A stretch of DNA of 64,000 bases from Chrysomallon squamiferum (GCA_012295275.1 CM022677.1:20150001-20214000), one strand, 5' to 3'; numbered from the stretch's first letter, positions 14,201-33,448 are shown. The notes: a model not told the origin generated them from the sequence alone. Numbers and translations are program-made.

Positions 14201-17200
14201 ACACACACATCTAAACCAGTAACGTGAATATCAGCACTGAAAACTGCAATAAATAAACACAAGCTATAAAAAGGTACAGTATCCACCCCCCTAAAAAAAA
14301 AAAAAAAATCACAAGCACCTGTGTACGGTAGCTTACCCTCAGATAAGCTGTAAGCTCGTCTGTAGTAGGTTACCTTTCTTAACGACCCTACGCTTCGACG
14401 ACCCAGATTTACCTGGGGGCTGGACCGTCCTCTGTCATTTGTTCTTGTTACGCGCTGCAGTTTGTCCAGGGCTGGATGGGGAGGGAGAACAGAGGAGGGG
14501 GGCATAAAAGTTCGAAATAAAGACTTTAGAAATCCGGTATTATGGTGTAATATGAGGTACTCTTAAAGTGGCCACAGTGAGGGATAATACTGTAGTATTG
14601 CATAGAGTCATTGTACGGCAGTTATTTGACACCCAGTAGGCCTAATACTGTTATATTTTACATTTTGTTTTATTCAGTAACACTGCAATATTACACAGCA
14701 TTACACAGTAGTTATTGACAGCAGTAGGCCTGTTATATTTTACATTTGTTATTCAGTAACACTGCTGTGTTACATAGCGTTACACAGTAATTACTGACAT
14801 CAGTAGGCCTAATAGTAATACTGTTATATTTTACATTTGTTATTCAGTAACACTGCTGTGTTACATAGCGTTACACAGTAGTTACTGACATCAGTAGGCC
14901 TAATAGTAATATTGTTATATTTTACAGAAGTATGCCTTATATTGTTACATTTAACAGATATTATTTGACAGAAATAGACCAAATACCATTATATTTTACA
15001 GTTGTTAAATCAGTAATACTGCAGTATTACCCAATGTTATACCGTAGTTATTTGACAGTAGGCCAATACACAACAGCAGAAGGCCTGATATCGTTACTAC
15101 ACAGAAATGATGTGATACAACAGCAGCAGGGTTTTTAAGCAAAGTGTATGAAATAAGAATGAATCCAGCACTGCTTCAGATGTAATTCTGAAATATTAAA
15201 ATTAATTTTGTAAAATCCTTAGAAAAGCTGCAGCAATATTTCATTCATTTTTACAAACAGTTTGACAGCAAAATCTAAAAAAGTGCTCAGCAACATTTTA
15301 GAGATAAAAATCATTATCAGAAGTACTGTGGCAACATTTGTGAAATTTTACAATTCAGCAATACCTTAGCAATACTGAATTAACATTACAAATACTACAG
15401 TAACATTTTTGCAAAGATTCCGCACGTTTACAGAATTTTTACCAGTAGTTCAGCAACTTGATAGTAAGGATTCAGCAATATTAAAGAAATTTATGCAAAT
15501 AATCCAGCAAGATTTTAATTAATATTCAGCAATATTTCAGAAATTTTACATATAAATAACAATTCAATCAAAATTTCTGAAATTCTGAATACAAATAACA
15601 ATTCATCAAAATTTCTGAAATTTTAAATACAAATAAAAAATTCAGCAAATATTAAGAAATTTTATATACAAATTAGTTTTAATAACAATTCATCAAAATT
15701 TCAGAAACATTTTGGGTTCAATTCAGCAAAAGCGGAGGAATATTTCAGAGCAGTTCTGAAATTTCAGAAATAATATAGCACAAAAGCACTGCAAGGAATG
15801 AGCAACAGATTTGGCAATATATCAGCAGATGACAGAAGTGAGGAGTCAAGAAGGGATAATCTAGTCGCAATCTGGCAATATTTTGTCATTCACCTGTCTG
15901 CCTGTCACCTTCTTATTTTTATATCAGTCTGCAGGGGATTCTTCTTTTTTTTTAGGTTTGTCCATGAACAGCCCTACTTTACACCCCTTTAATAACAATG
16001 GCACAGCCAAAGTCATGTCAAGTGTAATGCAGATGGTCCAGTCTATGAGGTACATTAAGGGATGACAGGATAACAGACTAAATTAAAAAATGATTTGTGA
16101 TTCGTAACGGAATAACAGAGAAAGGTAAAGATTTAAACAAAAGTCAGATTTATTTTAAGTTACAAAAAGAAAGTTTAAAAAAAAGAAAGAAAAATATGGG
16201 TAGAGAAAGAATTAAAAAGTGTTTACTGTTGTGCATTTGTATGTTTGCATCAGGATAACAAATATTTTCATTCTCTCTCTCTCTCTCACACACACACACA
16301 TAACGACTCATATCACCTTAAACATAAACATATGCACAAATGCACTGAAACATACATACACTCTCTTTATGTCATTCATGCACACAAACACATGAACATT
16401 CATAAACACAAACATACAGGCCAACACATATACACAGATACATACAACTACCATAAACATAAATACACAAATTCTCCAAAAACACAACACACACTTTTTC
16501 TGTCATTCATGCATGCATGCACACACACACACACACAGGACACACTCTCCAGCAAATACATAAGCTCTCTCTTACTCTTACACACTCGAACTAGAGGTAA
16601 CTGTCACATACGCATGCTACCTGTCACACATTTTAACCTAGATTCTGTGCACCTGTAACAGACACAGCCAGGTGAAAACTCGTGTATACATGTTGAGTCA
16701 TCAGTTAGCACAACGGAACCAACCAACAAAAACTGACACCAACAATAACTGCATTGTGGCAAATAAACCATAATCATACATCCATCACCGTGGGAACCAC
16801 AATAACTCCACAAAACAGAGAAGAAAAAGACAAAAAGAGAGAATTCTCTCTGTCACTCTTTCTTTTCAAAATAATATTTTTTTGATTTTTTTTTTTTTTT
16901 TTGATTTTGCTGAGCTGAGGTTTACAAAACACGTCTTATGCTATAAAGGTATGACTAAGCGTTACAAGTTGAGAAAAAAAAGAGTTTATTTTAGGTCATT
17001 TTTCAGTTTTGTTTGGATAGCCAGTGAAAAAGATAAAAGAAGAAAAAAGAAAAGAATGTTTTTAATGTAATAATTTTTATCTAAAGGCAACAAAAATTCA
17101 AATCTATATATACAAAAGTACAATAATATTTACAAACTAGGTCTTCGTTGGGATTTTTATTTTTTATTTTTTATGTCTTTCATAAAAAAATCATTCTTCA

Positions 17201-18183
17201 GATTTAAGCTACAAAATATAAAAGTGCAGATTTTATAACTTAAATTTATGGAAATGGCAGTTTTATTATGATTTGCCAGATGTGTATCTATGAACAGAAA
17301 CTTGCCAGTGTTCACTGCATGCTCCAGTGACTTCAACCAGGGTGATACAGCAACTTTTTAAAGTCACACAGACACTGAGCATCATTTTGACAGCAACATT
17401 TGAGACAGATGTGTGCAAATTTTCTGTAACATCTTAACATACTACTTTGATATAGCTTGACACAGACCATCTTTTGCAGACATCCTTTATCTATCTATCT
17501 ATCTATCTATCTGTCATTTAAAATTTACTACTAAAATTTATTCCTGTTATTAATTTCTGTAATTCTAGGTGGGTAATTACTAAAATTAGTATCAACAGGG
17601 AACTTTATTACATCTTTTTTCCCAAGTAAAATAATTTACTTCAGAGTAAGACATAATGAAAAGTTACAGTGGAAAGTCTACGTCCTAACCAAATAACGCA
17701 ATAATATGTTAATAAAAATCATAAGCTTACTTAAATGGGCCTCTCAAGTGATGTCAATAGAGGGGAGATAACTTTCATTTTTTTTTCAAATTACAGGTGC
17801 TTGTTTACAAACTTACGAACAAACCAAATTTGTGTCAAATTATCAATTAAAACATTTATTATATTACAGAATTGTATTAAAAATCAATAAAATCTGTACT
17901 AACCAGATGTCTCCAGCAGAAACATTGTCAGAAGATGAGGTGCAAAATCTTCCAAAGCTGAACAATAAATTTGAAAAGCGTCCAACCCTTTCCGTGATAA
18001 CATGTCCAAAAATGCATCCGTTCGCCTATGCGCACTAGAAATAGCGCAAAGTTCTGCTTCTTCAGACTTAGAAAATGCTCCATTACGGACTAACCGCGGT
18101 AAAATGCTTTCCACATCCAATTCTTTGATTAATTTTGCTCTGTGTCTCTCAATCAGACGACACACACCTGAATGACCCGCCAT
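9861..18183 (-). CDS. 5' part of a CARD + coiled-coil protein gene, probably a DLG5/ZO-1/CARMA-clade MAGUK scaffold; presumably continues left of the window
   Basis: Exon 18183-17904 encodes a CARD (MAGHSGVCRLIERHRAKLIKELDVESILPRLV...FLDMLSRKGLDAFQIYCSALEDFAPHLL; donor G|GTTAGT, phase 1). Exon 11677-11467 is coiled coil (DAEGDDKPTQALQLGFELALKERDAVLREK...; cag/gtaaga, phase 1-2). Exon 10737-10635 reads SRHESSPSTIKRSTSPNRKHRSAVTMEREDLVIE (phase 2-0). A candidate 33-nt exon 9893-9861 reads NHRHGRKRSLK (cag/gtaagc, phase 0-0). The CARD end ALEDFAPHLL resembles DLG5 ALEKTQPHLL as recalled. No PDZ/SH3/GUK exon is visible, so the family call is inferred. Confidence 0.75.
10040..10420. repeat. Degenerate short tandem repeat with core ggttactcctactga
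   Basis: The core or close variants recur about ten times. Confidence 0.65.
11913..12101. repeat. ~200-bp dispersed direct repeat, copy 2 (copy 1 at 1865-2065)
   Basis: Direct sequence match to copy 1, same orientation. Confidence 0.9.
14337..14505 (-). CDS. Candidate alternative (first or cassette) coding exon of the CARD/coiled-coil gene
   Basis: GC-rich island reading MPPSSVLPPHPALDKLQRVTRTNDRGRSSPQVNLGRRSVGSLRKVTYYRRAYSLSE, ending in a strong donor G|GTAAGC in phase 1, which matches the phase-1 acceptor at 11677. Confidence 0.5.
14620..14930. repeat. Degenerate ~85-90-bp tandem repeat, 3-4 copies
   Basis: cagtaggcct...ctgttatattttacatttgttattcagtaacactgc is repeated. Confidence 0.8.
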
Positions 18184-18351
18184 CTTTGAAACCTTTTTTT
18201 TTTTTTTTTTTCCCTTTACAGTAACATCACTGACTGTTGGTACGAAACCGTGGTTAAAAATGCGCGCTTTATTTGAATGACATGAGCATAAGCTGTTTTC
18301 GTATGTTTTTTTTTTTTTTTTGGAGTGTTGTGTTGTGCGGGTATAGAAACG

Positions 18352-18404
<53 letters not shown>

Positions 18405-18829
18405 TTAATAATTAATAATATGAATAAATAAAATACTAATTCAGATCTCATCTAGATGAAATATATAAAAATTGATGTTGATATTTAATTATTAAGGAAA
18501 AAAAGATAAAGAAAAGAAGAACAAGAAACTGATGATAATATTTCATATTCCGTACTTATATTTAACTGGCTACTACTGAAATAATTAGTCTAGATATTAT
18601 TGGCTATTTGTAAATAAATTAACGATGCATTTTATATCTGATTATTTTACTTAATGTACGTGTGTACATGATTGTTTGTAGTGTGCATGTGTTTGCATGT
18701 GTGTTTATATTTTTATGAATGTTTTTCAGTATTTATATATTTGTTTTAAGTGTAAATAGCCATTTGGGTTATTACTGAATTGTGACTGAAAGAGTTGTCG
18801 TTCCTTTTTATCATCTCTAAAATTAGTGC

Positions 18830-18910
<81 letters not shown>

Positions 18911-18920
18911 TTTCTCTTAT

Positions 18921-18965
<45 letters not shown>

Positions 18966-19265
18966 TGCTATGGATCTTAAGAAGATGGTGCTTGCTGTTT
19001 CATAAAACCGTGGTCCCGAAACCTATTATCAAAAGAATGCTACTATTTAAACACTTGTTTTATTTTCTGTATTAAAATTTAAAGATCTATGTTTTATGTT
19101 TTTTGAAGCGGAAGTATAATGTTTTAACAGCTGTTACGTCAATAATTAGATGACGTCATTCATAAAAGGACTTCGGTGGGTATATAAGCGCAGTGATTTG
19201 AACGTGCTTCAGAACAGCTTGCTCTGATTAGCACGTTAATTTTTTTCCATTCCCTTCCAACGTCA

Positions 19266-19460
19266 GACTCTCCGAAACCATGAAACACTACTTGTTTCAC
19301 TGTCAAAATTTCGCCAAGGAAACACAAGCACTACGCAATACACTGGAGGAACTAAAAATCGAGTTCACGCTCCAACACATCTTGGCACCAAACACGAAAG
19401 ACAGAGAGTTAGTCCTCGCTGCAGTAACAACATATAATTCTGAACACAAAGCACAAACTC
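19266..19460 (+). mobile_element. Degenerate 3' fragment of a non-LTR retrotransposon ORF2 (C-terminal zinc-knuckle region)
   Basis: Translates SETMKHYLFHCQNFAKETQALRNTLEELKIEFTLQHIL, matching the ETxxHxLxxC pattern typical of LINE ORF2 C-termini. No RT domain is present. Confidence 0.5.
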
Positions 19461-20460
19461 TAGACTTTATTTTTATTTTTATTTTGTTTTTTGACTCAAA
19501 AACAAACAACAATTATATGAATTTATTGACTTACAGATTGGTTGGTTGGTTGAACAGGTGATTGATCTCCGGATGGAACGGCTGACTGACGGATCAATTT
19601 AAGCGGCCAATTAAATTAATAATTAAAAACAAAACTATACGTGCTGTACGCACCTACTTTCAGACCATACTAACCTGGGATTTTTTTAATTTTTTTTTTA
19701 TGGTTTTTTTTTTCCCCTTCTCTTGTACATAATAAATGTAAATAAGTTCATGTTCTTATTCTTAGCTGCAAATATTTATAACATCTTTTAAATTAAAATA
19801 GAAAAACAAAATAAAATAAAATAAAATGTAAATAAGTTAACTACACTCATGTTATTCTTTTTAGTTACAGGTGTTCATAGCATCCTTTTAATCAATGAAA
19901 AGACCATTGGCAACAAAAAAAAAAAAGAAAGAAAAAAAGTTGGAATTGTTGGACCAGAAGGAAGCAGCCAAAAGAGAACAAAGAAACATCAGCACTAGCC
20001 GACAAGAGGACAAACAAACAGGACCCAACCAACTCGGACCCGGTGATGACTAGGAGAGCTTCAACAAGCCAGACAAGTACCTGAAACAACAAGGAGCGGA
20101 TAAAGTCTACGAAACATCGGAACCGACTCGTTACGATCCGATATGTTGGACACTCCCTTGTGTAACCATAACGAGAACCCATTCTCTTACCTTACCCAAA
20201 ACTCTTTTCTGCGACGGACACGCCCACTGACCTGTCGTAGACGTGCTTCACATCATCTAGCTCTGATTAGCACGTTAATTTTTTTTTTTTCATTCATTCA
20301 TTCAACGTCAAATGGTTTTCAGCTTGATACTAAGATGGAAGATATCGTAAGAGATGAAAAATACTATTCTAAATGACGGGATATTGCATCTGACTAGAAC
20401 TTCCAAACAATTCATATCGGAGAGTCTATAAGAACCAGTGTATGTCAGTCCTTTAATTCT

Positions 20461-20496
<36 letters not shown>

Positions 20497-21329
20497 TTAG
20501 TATCATCATCATTTATTTTTTTATTTTATATTATTATTATTTTTTCTTTCTTTCTTCTTTTTTTCTTTTTATATGAACCTTGAAATCGTGGAACCACTGA
20601 AGAGTTCCCTCCCCTGTCCAACATTTTACAAAGCATGTATAACAACCACACTGATACAGGACGTATCGCGATGTTGTTGTCGTTGTGTTTGTTGTTGTTG
20701 TTGTTCTGCTTCTTATTATCACTAAAGTCTTCTTGGTTACAGAATAATGCGAACGTTAGAGCCTCTTTCTCTGTCTGTCTGTCTGTCTGTGTGTATGTGT
20801 GTGTGTGTGTATATATATAAATAGACACGTATACACACTCATAAAGTACTAATTATTGAAGAAGCTGGGGAAAGAGAGAGAGTAAGTAATAATAAAAACA
20901 AAAAATAATAAAAAGAAATATAAACAAAAAGAATAAGACAGAAAAATACATCCAACCATACAGAACAAAAAGCAATAAAAAGAAAACTAATTTTATTATA
21001 TTTTATTTATTTTTTTTTTTTTTTTTAATTAAATTCGTAACAATCTGTAATTTTCTGTTTCCTGAAATTATTGTATAAATACTAAAGTAGAATATATACA
21101 AATAAGAATCTTCTATAAAACGTGAAAAGCTGGTTTCTATATGTTTATATCTAATGTTTTTAATTATAAAAAAATGTTTTACATGTAATTTTAAACACTG
21201 ACACACGAGACCACACACACGCACCTGCACACATACACAAAAAACTGTATCTACACATACCCACAAAATCACATACACATATACTCTAATATATCATCAG
21301 AGAGAGAAAGAAAGACAGACAATGAAAGA

Positions 21330-21763
<434 letters not shown>

Positions 21764-21913
21764 AGAAGTGGGAAAAAGAATGATGCACTAAGTAATGCTC
21801 AGTTACTAGTAAATATTATTATTATTAATTACTGATAAATACTATTGACAAGTCTGTTTACTTTGATACTTAACCTTGCCCTCGCCAAAAAAAAAAAAAA
21901 AAAATGAAACCAA

Positions 21914-21963
<50 letters not shown>

Positions 21964-22023
21964 GTAATAATAATAATAAGATAAGAAACAAAAAATAATG
22001 AGTGGTATGGACAGAAATAAATT

Positions 22024-26501
<4,478 letters not shown>

Positions 26502-27506
26502 TGTTTAAGCGAGGTAGCCTGTTCATAGAAAAATCTGAAAGATAAAGATTCTGGTAGTTAGCCTGAGTTATACACGTTGTTATCATCACACACGCACGCA
26601 CGTACATTATCATCACACACAGATACACAGACACACACATTATACATACATATAAACACACACACACATACACACACACATACACACACACACACACACA
26701 TATATATATGTTTATATCTCATGCTACCACTGTAGTATGATGACTAGATAAAAACCATTCTAACTTTCGCAGCATAAGGCTGGTATCTTAAATAACCAGT
26801 TATGCCATCCACACACACACACACTCACACACACACTCACACTCACACACTCACACTCACACTCGCACACACATACACACACCTATATAGACACACATAC
26901 ATACAGATGTATACATAATTTTTTATTTCAATTAATTATCTAATTACTTGCATGTTTTTGCCCGTTCCAGCCAGTGCGTTATCAAAGGTAATGGTATATA
27001 ATCACTAGGAAAAGAAATATAAAACTGACAAGAGTAGCACAGTTTTTTCTTACATAATAATTATTATATAAAATAATAAAGCTGATGATAAAAAATAGAG
27101 TATACTTCCACTTAGCATTAAGGTTTAATATTTAGGTACCTTCACGTGAACAGTAAAATACATAGCATGGATAAACCAAAGACTGGAACCGGAAAATGAG
27201 TTCATAAAAACTACAAAAAGTGATAACAACAACTATAACAGCAGCAGCAGCAACAACAACAACAACAATAATAGCAAAACAATAATAATATCAACTATAA
27301 CAACAACAATAAAAGCAACGACAATATCAGTTTATAAAGACACAACAATATAAATAGTAGTAACTGTTTTAAAAGTGATTAATATTAATATTTATGAATA
27401 ATTATATACATATATATATGTTTATATTATTGTCGTATAGAACTAAGAGACAAAACAAATAAATAAATAAACGATAGTCTGACATTTATGTTATAAATAG
27501 CTTGTC

Positions 27507-27585
27507 ACTTACCTGTCAACATGTCTGACGTCAGTTTATTTATTTGTATTACGTCATCAATATTCGCGGTAGGTTTATTTATAAC
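27507..27585 (-). promoter_or_regulatory. Putative promoter and non-coding first exon of gene A
   Basis: On the minus strand: TTATAAAT (~27584-27577), then ATTACGTCATCA (plus 27548-27559), TGACGTCA (27526-27533) and donor GTAAGT (27512-27507). A matching acceptor TTTCAG ends at 26535, 33 nt before the ATG. Confidence 0.55.
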
Positions 27586-27941
27586 CAAATATTTATAAGA
27601 TGTTATAAATAGAATAATATATATATGTAGACACACACACAGACGCACACACAGACACACACAGACACACACACACACACATACACAATGGTGGGTGTTA
27701 ATGAATTACTGAACAGTCACCAGATGTCACTTTATCCGTGTCTGTTTTGTTCAGCCAATCAAATACTTGCATTTTCAGCGTTTTAATAAATAACATGAGT
27801 TGTGTGAAAAGTCAGTTCAGTAATCGGTTGAATTAAGTAACAACATGAATAAATATTCTTGTCACTTGACTGGAGGGTGTTGTTATGTTTTTCGCGAACG
27901 ATCGCTTCCCATTTCTCTCACCTCTTACAACTAAATATCGA

Positions 27942-28035
<94 letters not shown>

Positions 28036-28372
28036 AAAACTGAGAATGATAAAAATTTATAAATACAATTTATTCGTTAAATTTTGATAAATGCCAATCG
28101 GCTATATATAACAAATAACATGACCTGCATCTAAGACTTTTTTAAAAACTCATTTTCCACGATTTTCCACGATTTTCCAAGATTTCAAAAATCCATGAAT
28201 GATTTACAGAATTTCATATATCCGGTTACAAATACTGGGATCCATTAATTAATATTCCAAGATCCACGTACTGACATTTTGAGATCATTTACAAAATGGA
28301 TGAATCCAGTTTTCCCCACTGCGAAATCCAATTACAGATACTACTACTATTATTAACATTATTGTTATTGTA

Positions 28373-28426
<54 letters not shown>

Positions 28427-28427
28427 T

Positions 28428-28612
28428 CTAAAGTCTGGTCGCTTGTGACGTATTTTCCGAATCGTTAGGTTGGTAATCTACAGAAGGATTACCAATGGAC
28501 TGGTCCATCTGAACTGAAGGGGTGTCAAATCCTACGTTGGTTTCACCCGATTCTAAGTTGTCGCTTTTCCGTCTGTGCACGCGCTCTATCCTAGATGACA
28601 AAAGTTAAACGA

Positions 28613-28659
<47 letters not shown>

Positions 28660-28984
28660 CATTATTATTATTATTATCATTATTATCATTAGTATTAATG
28701 TTGAAATGTTGTAAATGTTGTAAATGTTTTGAAATGTTGTAAAACATTTACTTACGTTGCTCTGATTCGTCTTTCTCTCTCGGCTGCCAAACGCTTCACC
28801 TGCCACCTGCAATGTAATAGTTGTACTTTAATAATCTCTGTCTGTCCGTCCGTTTGTCTCTCTGTCTGTTTGTCAGTCTGTCTTTGTATCTACCCGTCTG
28901 TCTGTCTAACTCTCTATCTGCCTTGTCTGTCTTGCTATCTATCTATCTATCTGACTGCCTGTTTATCGATCTCTCTCTGTCAGT

Positions 28985-29050
<66 letters not shown>

Positions 29051-29606
29051 CTGTCTCTCTCTCTCAAGTATTCTATATATACAAAATGGTTGGATTCATG
29101 GATGGTTGGATGGATAAATAGATACATATATATATTTATCCATCCAACCATCCATGAATCCATGAAACCATCAATGAATATATATATATATATAGATATA
29201 TATATCTATTTATCCATCCAACCATCCATGAATCCATATATCTATCTGTATATATGTATATGTAGGTATATATTTGTGGATATATATATATGTATTATGT
29301 ATATATGATTATATGTCTAACTATATGTATGTCTGTCTGTCTGTTTCTCTATCCATCTAACTGCCTACCTTCTACCTACCTACCTACCTACCTACCTACT
29401 TATATATCAGTCTGTCTGTATGTCCATCTGTCTATCGGTATATTTATCTTCTGTTTAGCCTCACTATCTGATAGATACATTATTATGATTATGATTATTA
29501 TGATTATTATTATTGTTGTTGTTGTTGTTGTTATTGTTATTATTGTTATTATTATTATTACTGATATTGTTATTATTATTATTATTATTGATATTATTAT
29601 TATAGA

Positions 29607-29640
<34 letters not shown>

Positions 29641-29919
29641 GATACTGTCATTATTATTATTATTATTGTTATTATCAGTCGTGTAATACAGCAGACAGTT
29701 AACTGTGTGAGTTGTACGTGTAGATATTCTATCACCTGTAATACGAGATATATAACACAGATCCTATGATAATCAGAATAAAAGCTATGATCAGGATGAG
29801 AATGTTCTGAGCACTGAATTCGGAGTCTGTCTTTTCAGACGGAGGCTCACTGTCGTCAAGCTCGAAACCATAGTCATCTGTTAAAAGAACAAAAAGGATA
29901 ACAGCAACAACAGCAGCAG

Positions 29920-29958
<39 letters not shown>

Positions 29959-32900
29959 TAATATCGTGAAAATAATAATAATAATGATGATGAAGATTAT
30001 GATGATGGTTATAGTAATAATAATGATGATGGTAATAATAACAAAGATAATGATGATAATGCTGATTATAAGAAAAATACTGTGTATGTAGTGTGTGCGT
30101 GTATATAAAATAAAATGAAACGAATACGAACAACGGCAGCAGCAGCCACTATAATAATAACAACAGTGATATTAACATAAGTAACAACAACAACAACATC
30201 AGTATTAACAACAACAACAACAGCAATAATATATACTACTACTACTGATAATAATTAGAAGAACAATAATAATATAGCAAATACAACGAAGTAGAAGTAA
30301 TGGTAGAGGTAGCGGTTTTAGTAGTAGTGGTGGTAGTTGTAGACGCAGTAGTAGTAGTAGTGGTGGTGGTGATGGTAGTAGTTGCAGTAGTAGTAGACAT
30401 AGTAGTAGTAGTAGACGTAGTAGTAGTAGTAGTAGTAGCAGTAATAGCGGTGGTAGTAGTAGCAGTAGTAGTAAACGTTGAAGTAGTACCAGTAGTAGTA
30501 GTAGTCGTGGCAGCAGCAACAACAAGAGTAAACGACGATGGGAAAAAAAATAAAAAAATAAATAAATAAATAATATAAATAATGAAAAATAAAAAATAAA
30601 AACAAAGAGAAACAACAACAACAACAACGACACAAATCTAGTAGTTGTTTCCATGCATTATGAGAGCAGTGGGTTGTCGTGGATGTAATTTTCATCGTCA
30701 AATAAGTGTCTTTATAACAAAACAACAACAACAACAACCAAAATGTAAAAAAAAAAAAAGAGATAAATTTATAAATAAATTTAAACGAAAAATAATAACA
30801 ATAATAAAATAAATATAAAAAAAAAAACACTAACAAAAAGAGAAAAACAACAACAAACGAACAAAAGAATCAGAAGAGACACCAAAACAACAACAACAAC
30901 AACAACAACAATCCATTGCAAAGCAGCAAATGGTAACCATGGTGATTTCTGTTTAACCTGCCAAGATGGGAGGCACGCCCACGATGTAATAATCTTCTGC
31001 TGTCGTCATTTCTTCCGCGCTGCCAACTTCTGTTGTTTCAGACATCGTCACCTCTGTCGGTTCAGCAGTGATAGAAGTCGCTGCGGGCGTAGCCGTTGTC
31101 GTTGTAGCAGTTATGTTAGTTGCCGTAGTTGTAGGAGTTGTGGTTGCAGTTGTTGACGTTGGTGCTGTGGTAGGCTTAGGAGTTGTAGCCGTCGCTGTAA
31201 TAGTAGTAGTAGGAGTTGTAGCTTTGGAAGTAGTTGCAGTCGTTGTAGTAATATTAGGAGTTGTAGTAGTAGGAGTTATAGTAAGTTTAGAAGTAGCAGT
31301 AATCGTTGTAGTAGGTTTAGTAGTAGTCGTTGATGTAGTAGTAGGTTTAGGAGTAGTAGTAGGAGTTGTAGTAGTCGTAGTTGTAGTAGGAGTTGTATTA
31401 GGTTTAGAAGTAGTAGTACTCGTTGTAGTAGGTTTATAAGTAGTAGTAGGAGTTATAGTAGGTTTAGAAGTAGTAGTACTCGTAGTAGGTTTAGAAGTAG
31501 TAGTAGGAGTTATAGTAGGTTTCGAAGTAGTAGTACTCGTTGTAGTAGGTTTAAAAGTAGTAGTAGGAGTTATAGTAGGTTTAGAAGTAGTAGTGCTCGT
31601 TGTAGTAGTAGTAGTACTCGTAGTAGGTTTAGAAGTAGTAGTACTCGTTTTAGTAGGTTTCGAAGTAGTAGTACTCGTAGTAGGTTTAGAAGTAGTAGTA
31701 CTCGTTGTAGTAGTAGCAGGAGTTGTAGTAGGTTTCGAAGTAGTGGTACTCGTTGTAGTAGTAGCAGGAGTTGTAGTAGGTTTAGAAGTAGTAGTAGTCG
31801 TTGTAGTAGGTTTAGGAGTTGTAGTTGTTGTGGTTGTAGTACTCGTCGTCGTCGTCGTAGTAGTAGTTGTTGTAGCAGTAGCAGGAGTTGTCCACTGTCG
31901 TGTAGGCCACGGCGTTCTAACAGTTGGCGTCGTTTTTCTAGTCGTAGGCATCCGTAGCGAGGCGGACCCTCCCGGAGGTTTCCGAACTTTCGAACAGTCT
32001 CGCTTCATGAAGATCCTGTACTTGCCCCCCTCGAGGTACAGCTTCTCCCCGTCGGGCGCGTCGCACGTGCCCCGTATGTACTTGGGCCTCATGAACAGCA
32101 CCGCTTTGAAGAGTTCGCACGTGCACACGAGTCGCGCACTGTAGAACGACATCTCTTCAAACGTGCCCCACTTGTACTGCATGATGAAATCCAGCGTGGT
32201 CATGTGGGTGGTGTCGAATATGACCGTGAGGCCCGAGTACAGGCCGACGAACGCGCCCTGGTCCACCCTGGCGAGCGGGTTCGAAGACAGAGCTATCTTT
32301 TTCACCGGGATGTTGCCGAAAGCGCCGTACTGCAGAACGGTTATGAGGTTCTCTTTCAGGTGAAGCTCTTCGACGACCTTCAAGAAGCTGAGGCAGTAGG
32401 TGGGCACGGCGGTGAACTGCCGCTTGTTGATGATCACCGTTTTCAGGCACTTGCCCTGGGAGTAGAAAGTGTAGTCGGAGATTTTGTAAGAAGAGTAACT
32501 CACGTCGACGTATTCGAGGCAGAACTGTCCGTTGAGCGAGTACATCTTGTTCAAGTCGTTTCCCTTGAGCAGTAGCTTCTTCAGGTTCTTCAGCTCCTCG
32601 AAAGCTCTGGGGAAGTCGTCCATCTGGCAGTCGTTCATCGACAAGATTTCCAGGGAGTCCGTGATGCCGTCGACGGACCCGTCGGTGACGCTGATGTTGG
32701 CGTTGTAGTCCATGTCGAGCATCTTCAGTCTGGTGAGCGCGGAGAAGGCGCCTGTGGGAATGGACGCGATTTTGTTGCTCTTGAGAATCAGCGTGTCCAG
32801 TTTTGTCAGACGCTTCAGCGCGGGCGGCACGCGACTCAGGTGATTGTCGCTCAGTTCCAACCTCATCAGGTTTTCCAGACCGTCGAAAGCGCCGTCCTGG

Positions 32901-33448
32901 ACGTCGTCGAGGTTGCAGTCCTTCAGACGAAGGTCGTTGAGCTTGGACAGGCCGAAGCTGGCGAACATCCCGGACCTGAGCGCGGTCACTTTCTGCTGGT
33001 TGCCCGTCAGCATCAGCATCGAGAGTTCGTTGAGACCCTCGAGGAACTGCAGGTCGGTGAACTGGGACTCCGTGTAGGAGAGGTCGAGGATTTCCAGCGT
33101 GCTGGCGATGTTCGCGAACGCCGTGCTGCTGATGTTGACGGGGTTGTGGCGGAGGTTGAGCATTTTGACGCGCAGCCCGGACGGCAGGTTGACGCTCGTG
33201 ACCTGTCGGATGTAGTTGAAGTCGAACTGGACCAGGAGCTTTTCTTTCACCGTCTTCAGCGCGTTCAGACTGGGAACGCTTCTCAGCTTCTTTCTGCTGC
33301 AGATCACGTTGTAGTGCGGGTAGTGGCTGTAGCACTGGCAGCCGGCGGCGCACGGGGCGTCAGCCGAACCTACGACGACGACGACGACGACCACCACCAC
33401 GGCGGCTGAGAAGAGCGATAAGGAAAAGAACGTGGAAGAAACATGCAT
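28428..33448 (-). CDS. Gene B: LRR-mucin-TM receptor, ~948 aa, long Thr/Pro/Lys stalk, C-terminal PDZ-binding motif -ATRL
   Basis: Exon 33448-30958 is the ectodomain (donor G|GTTAAA, phase 1). Exon 29877-29736 is the TM (NILILIIAFILIIIGSVLYISYYR, phase 1-2). Exon 28806-28756 is 51 nt (WQVKRLAAERERRIRA, phase 2-2). Exon 28590-28428 reads IERVHRRKSDNLESGETNVGFDTPSVQMDQSIGNPSVDYQPNDSENTSQATRL*. All introns are GT-AG and phases are consistent. Confidence 0.92.
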
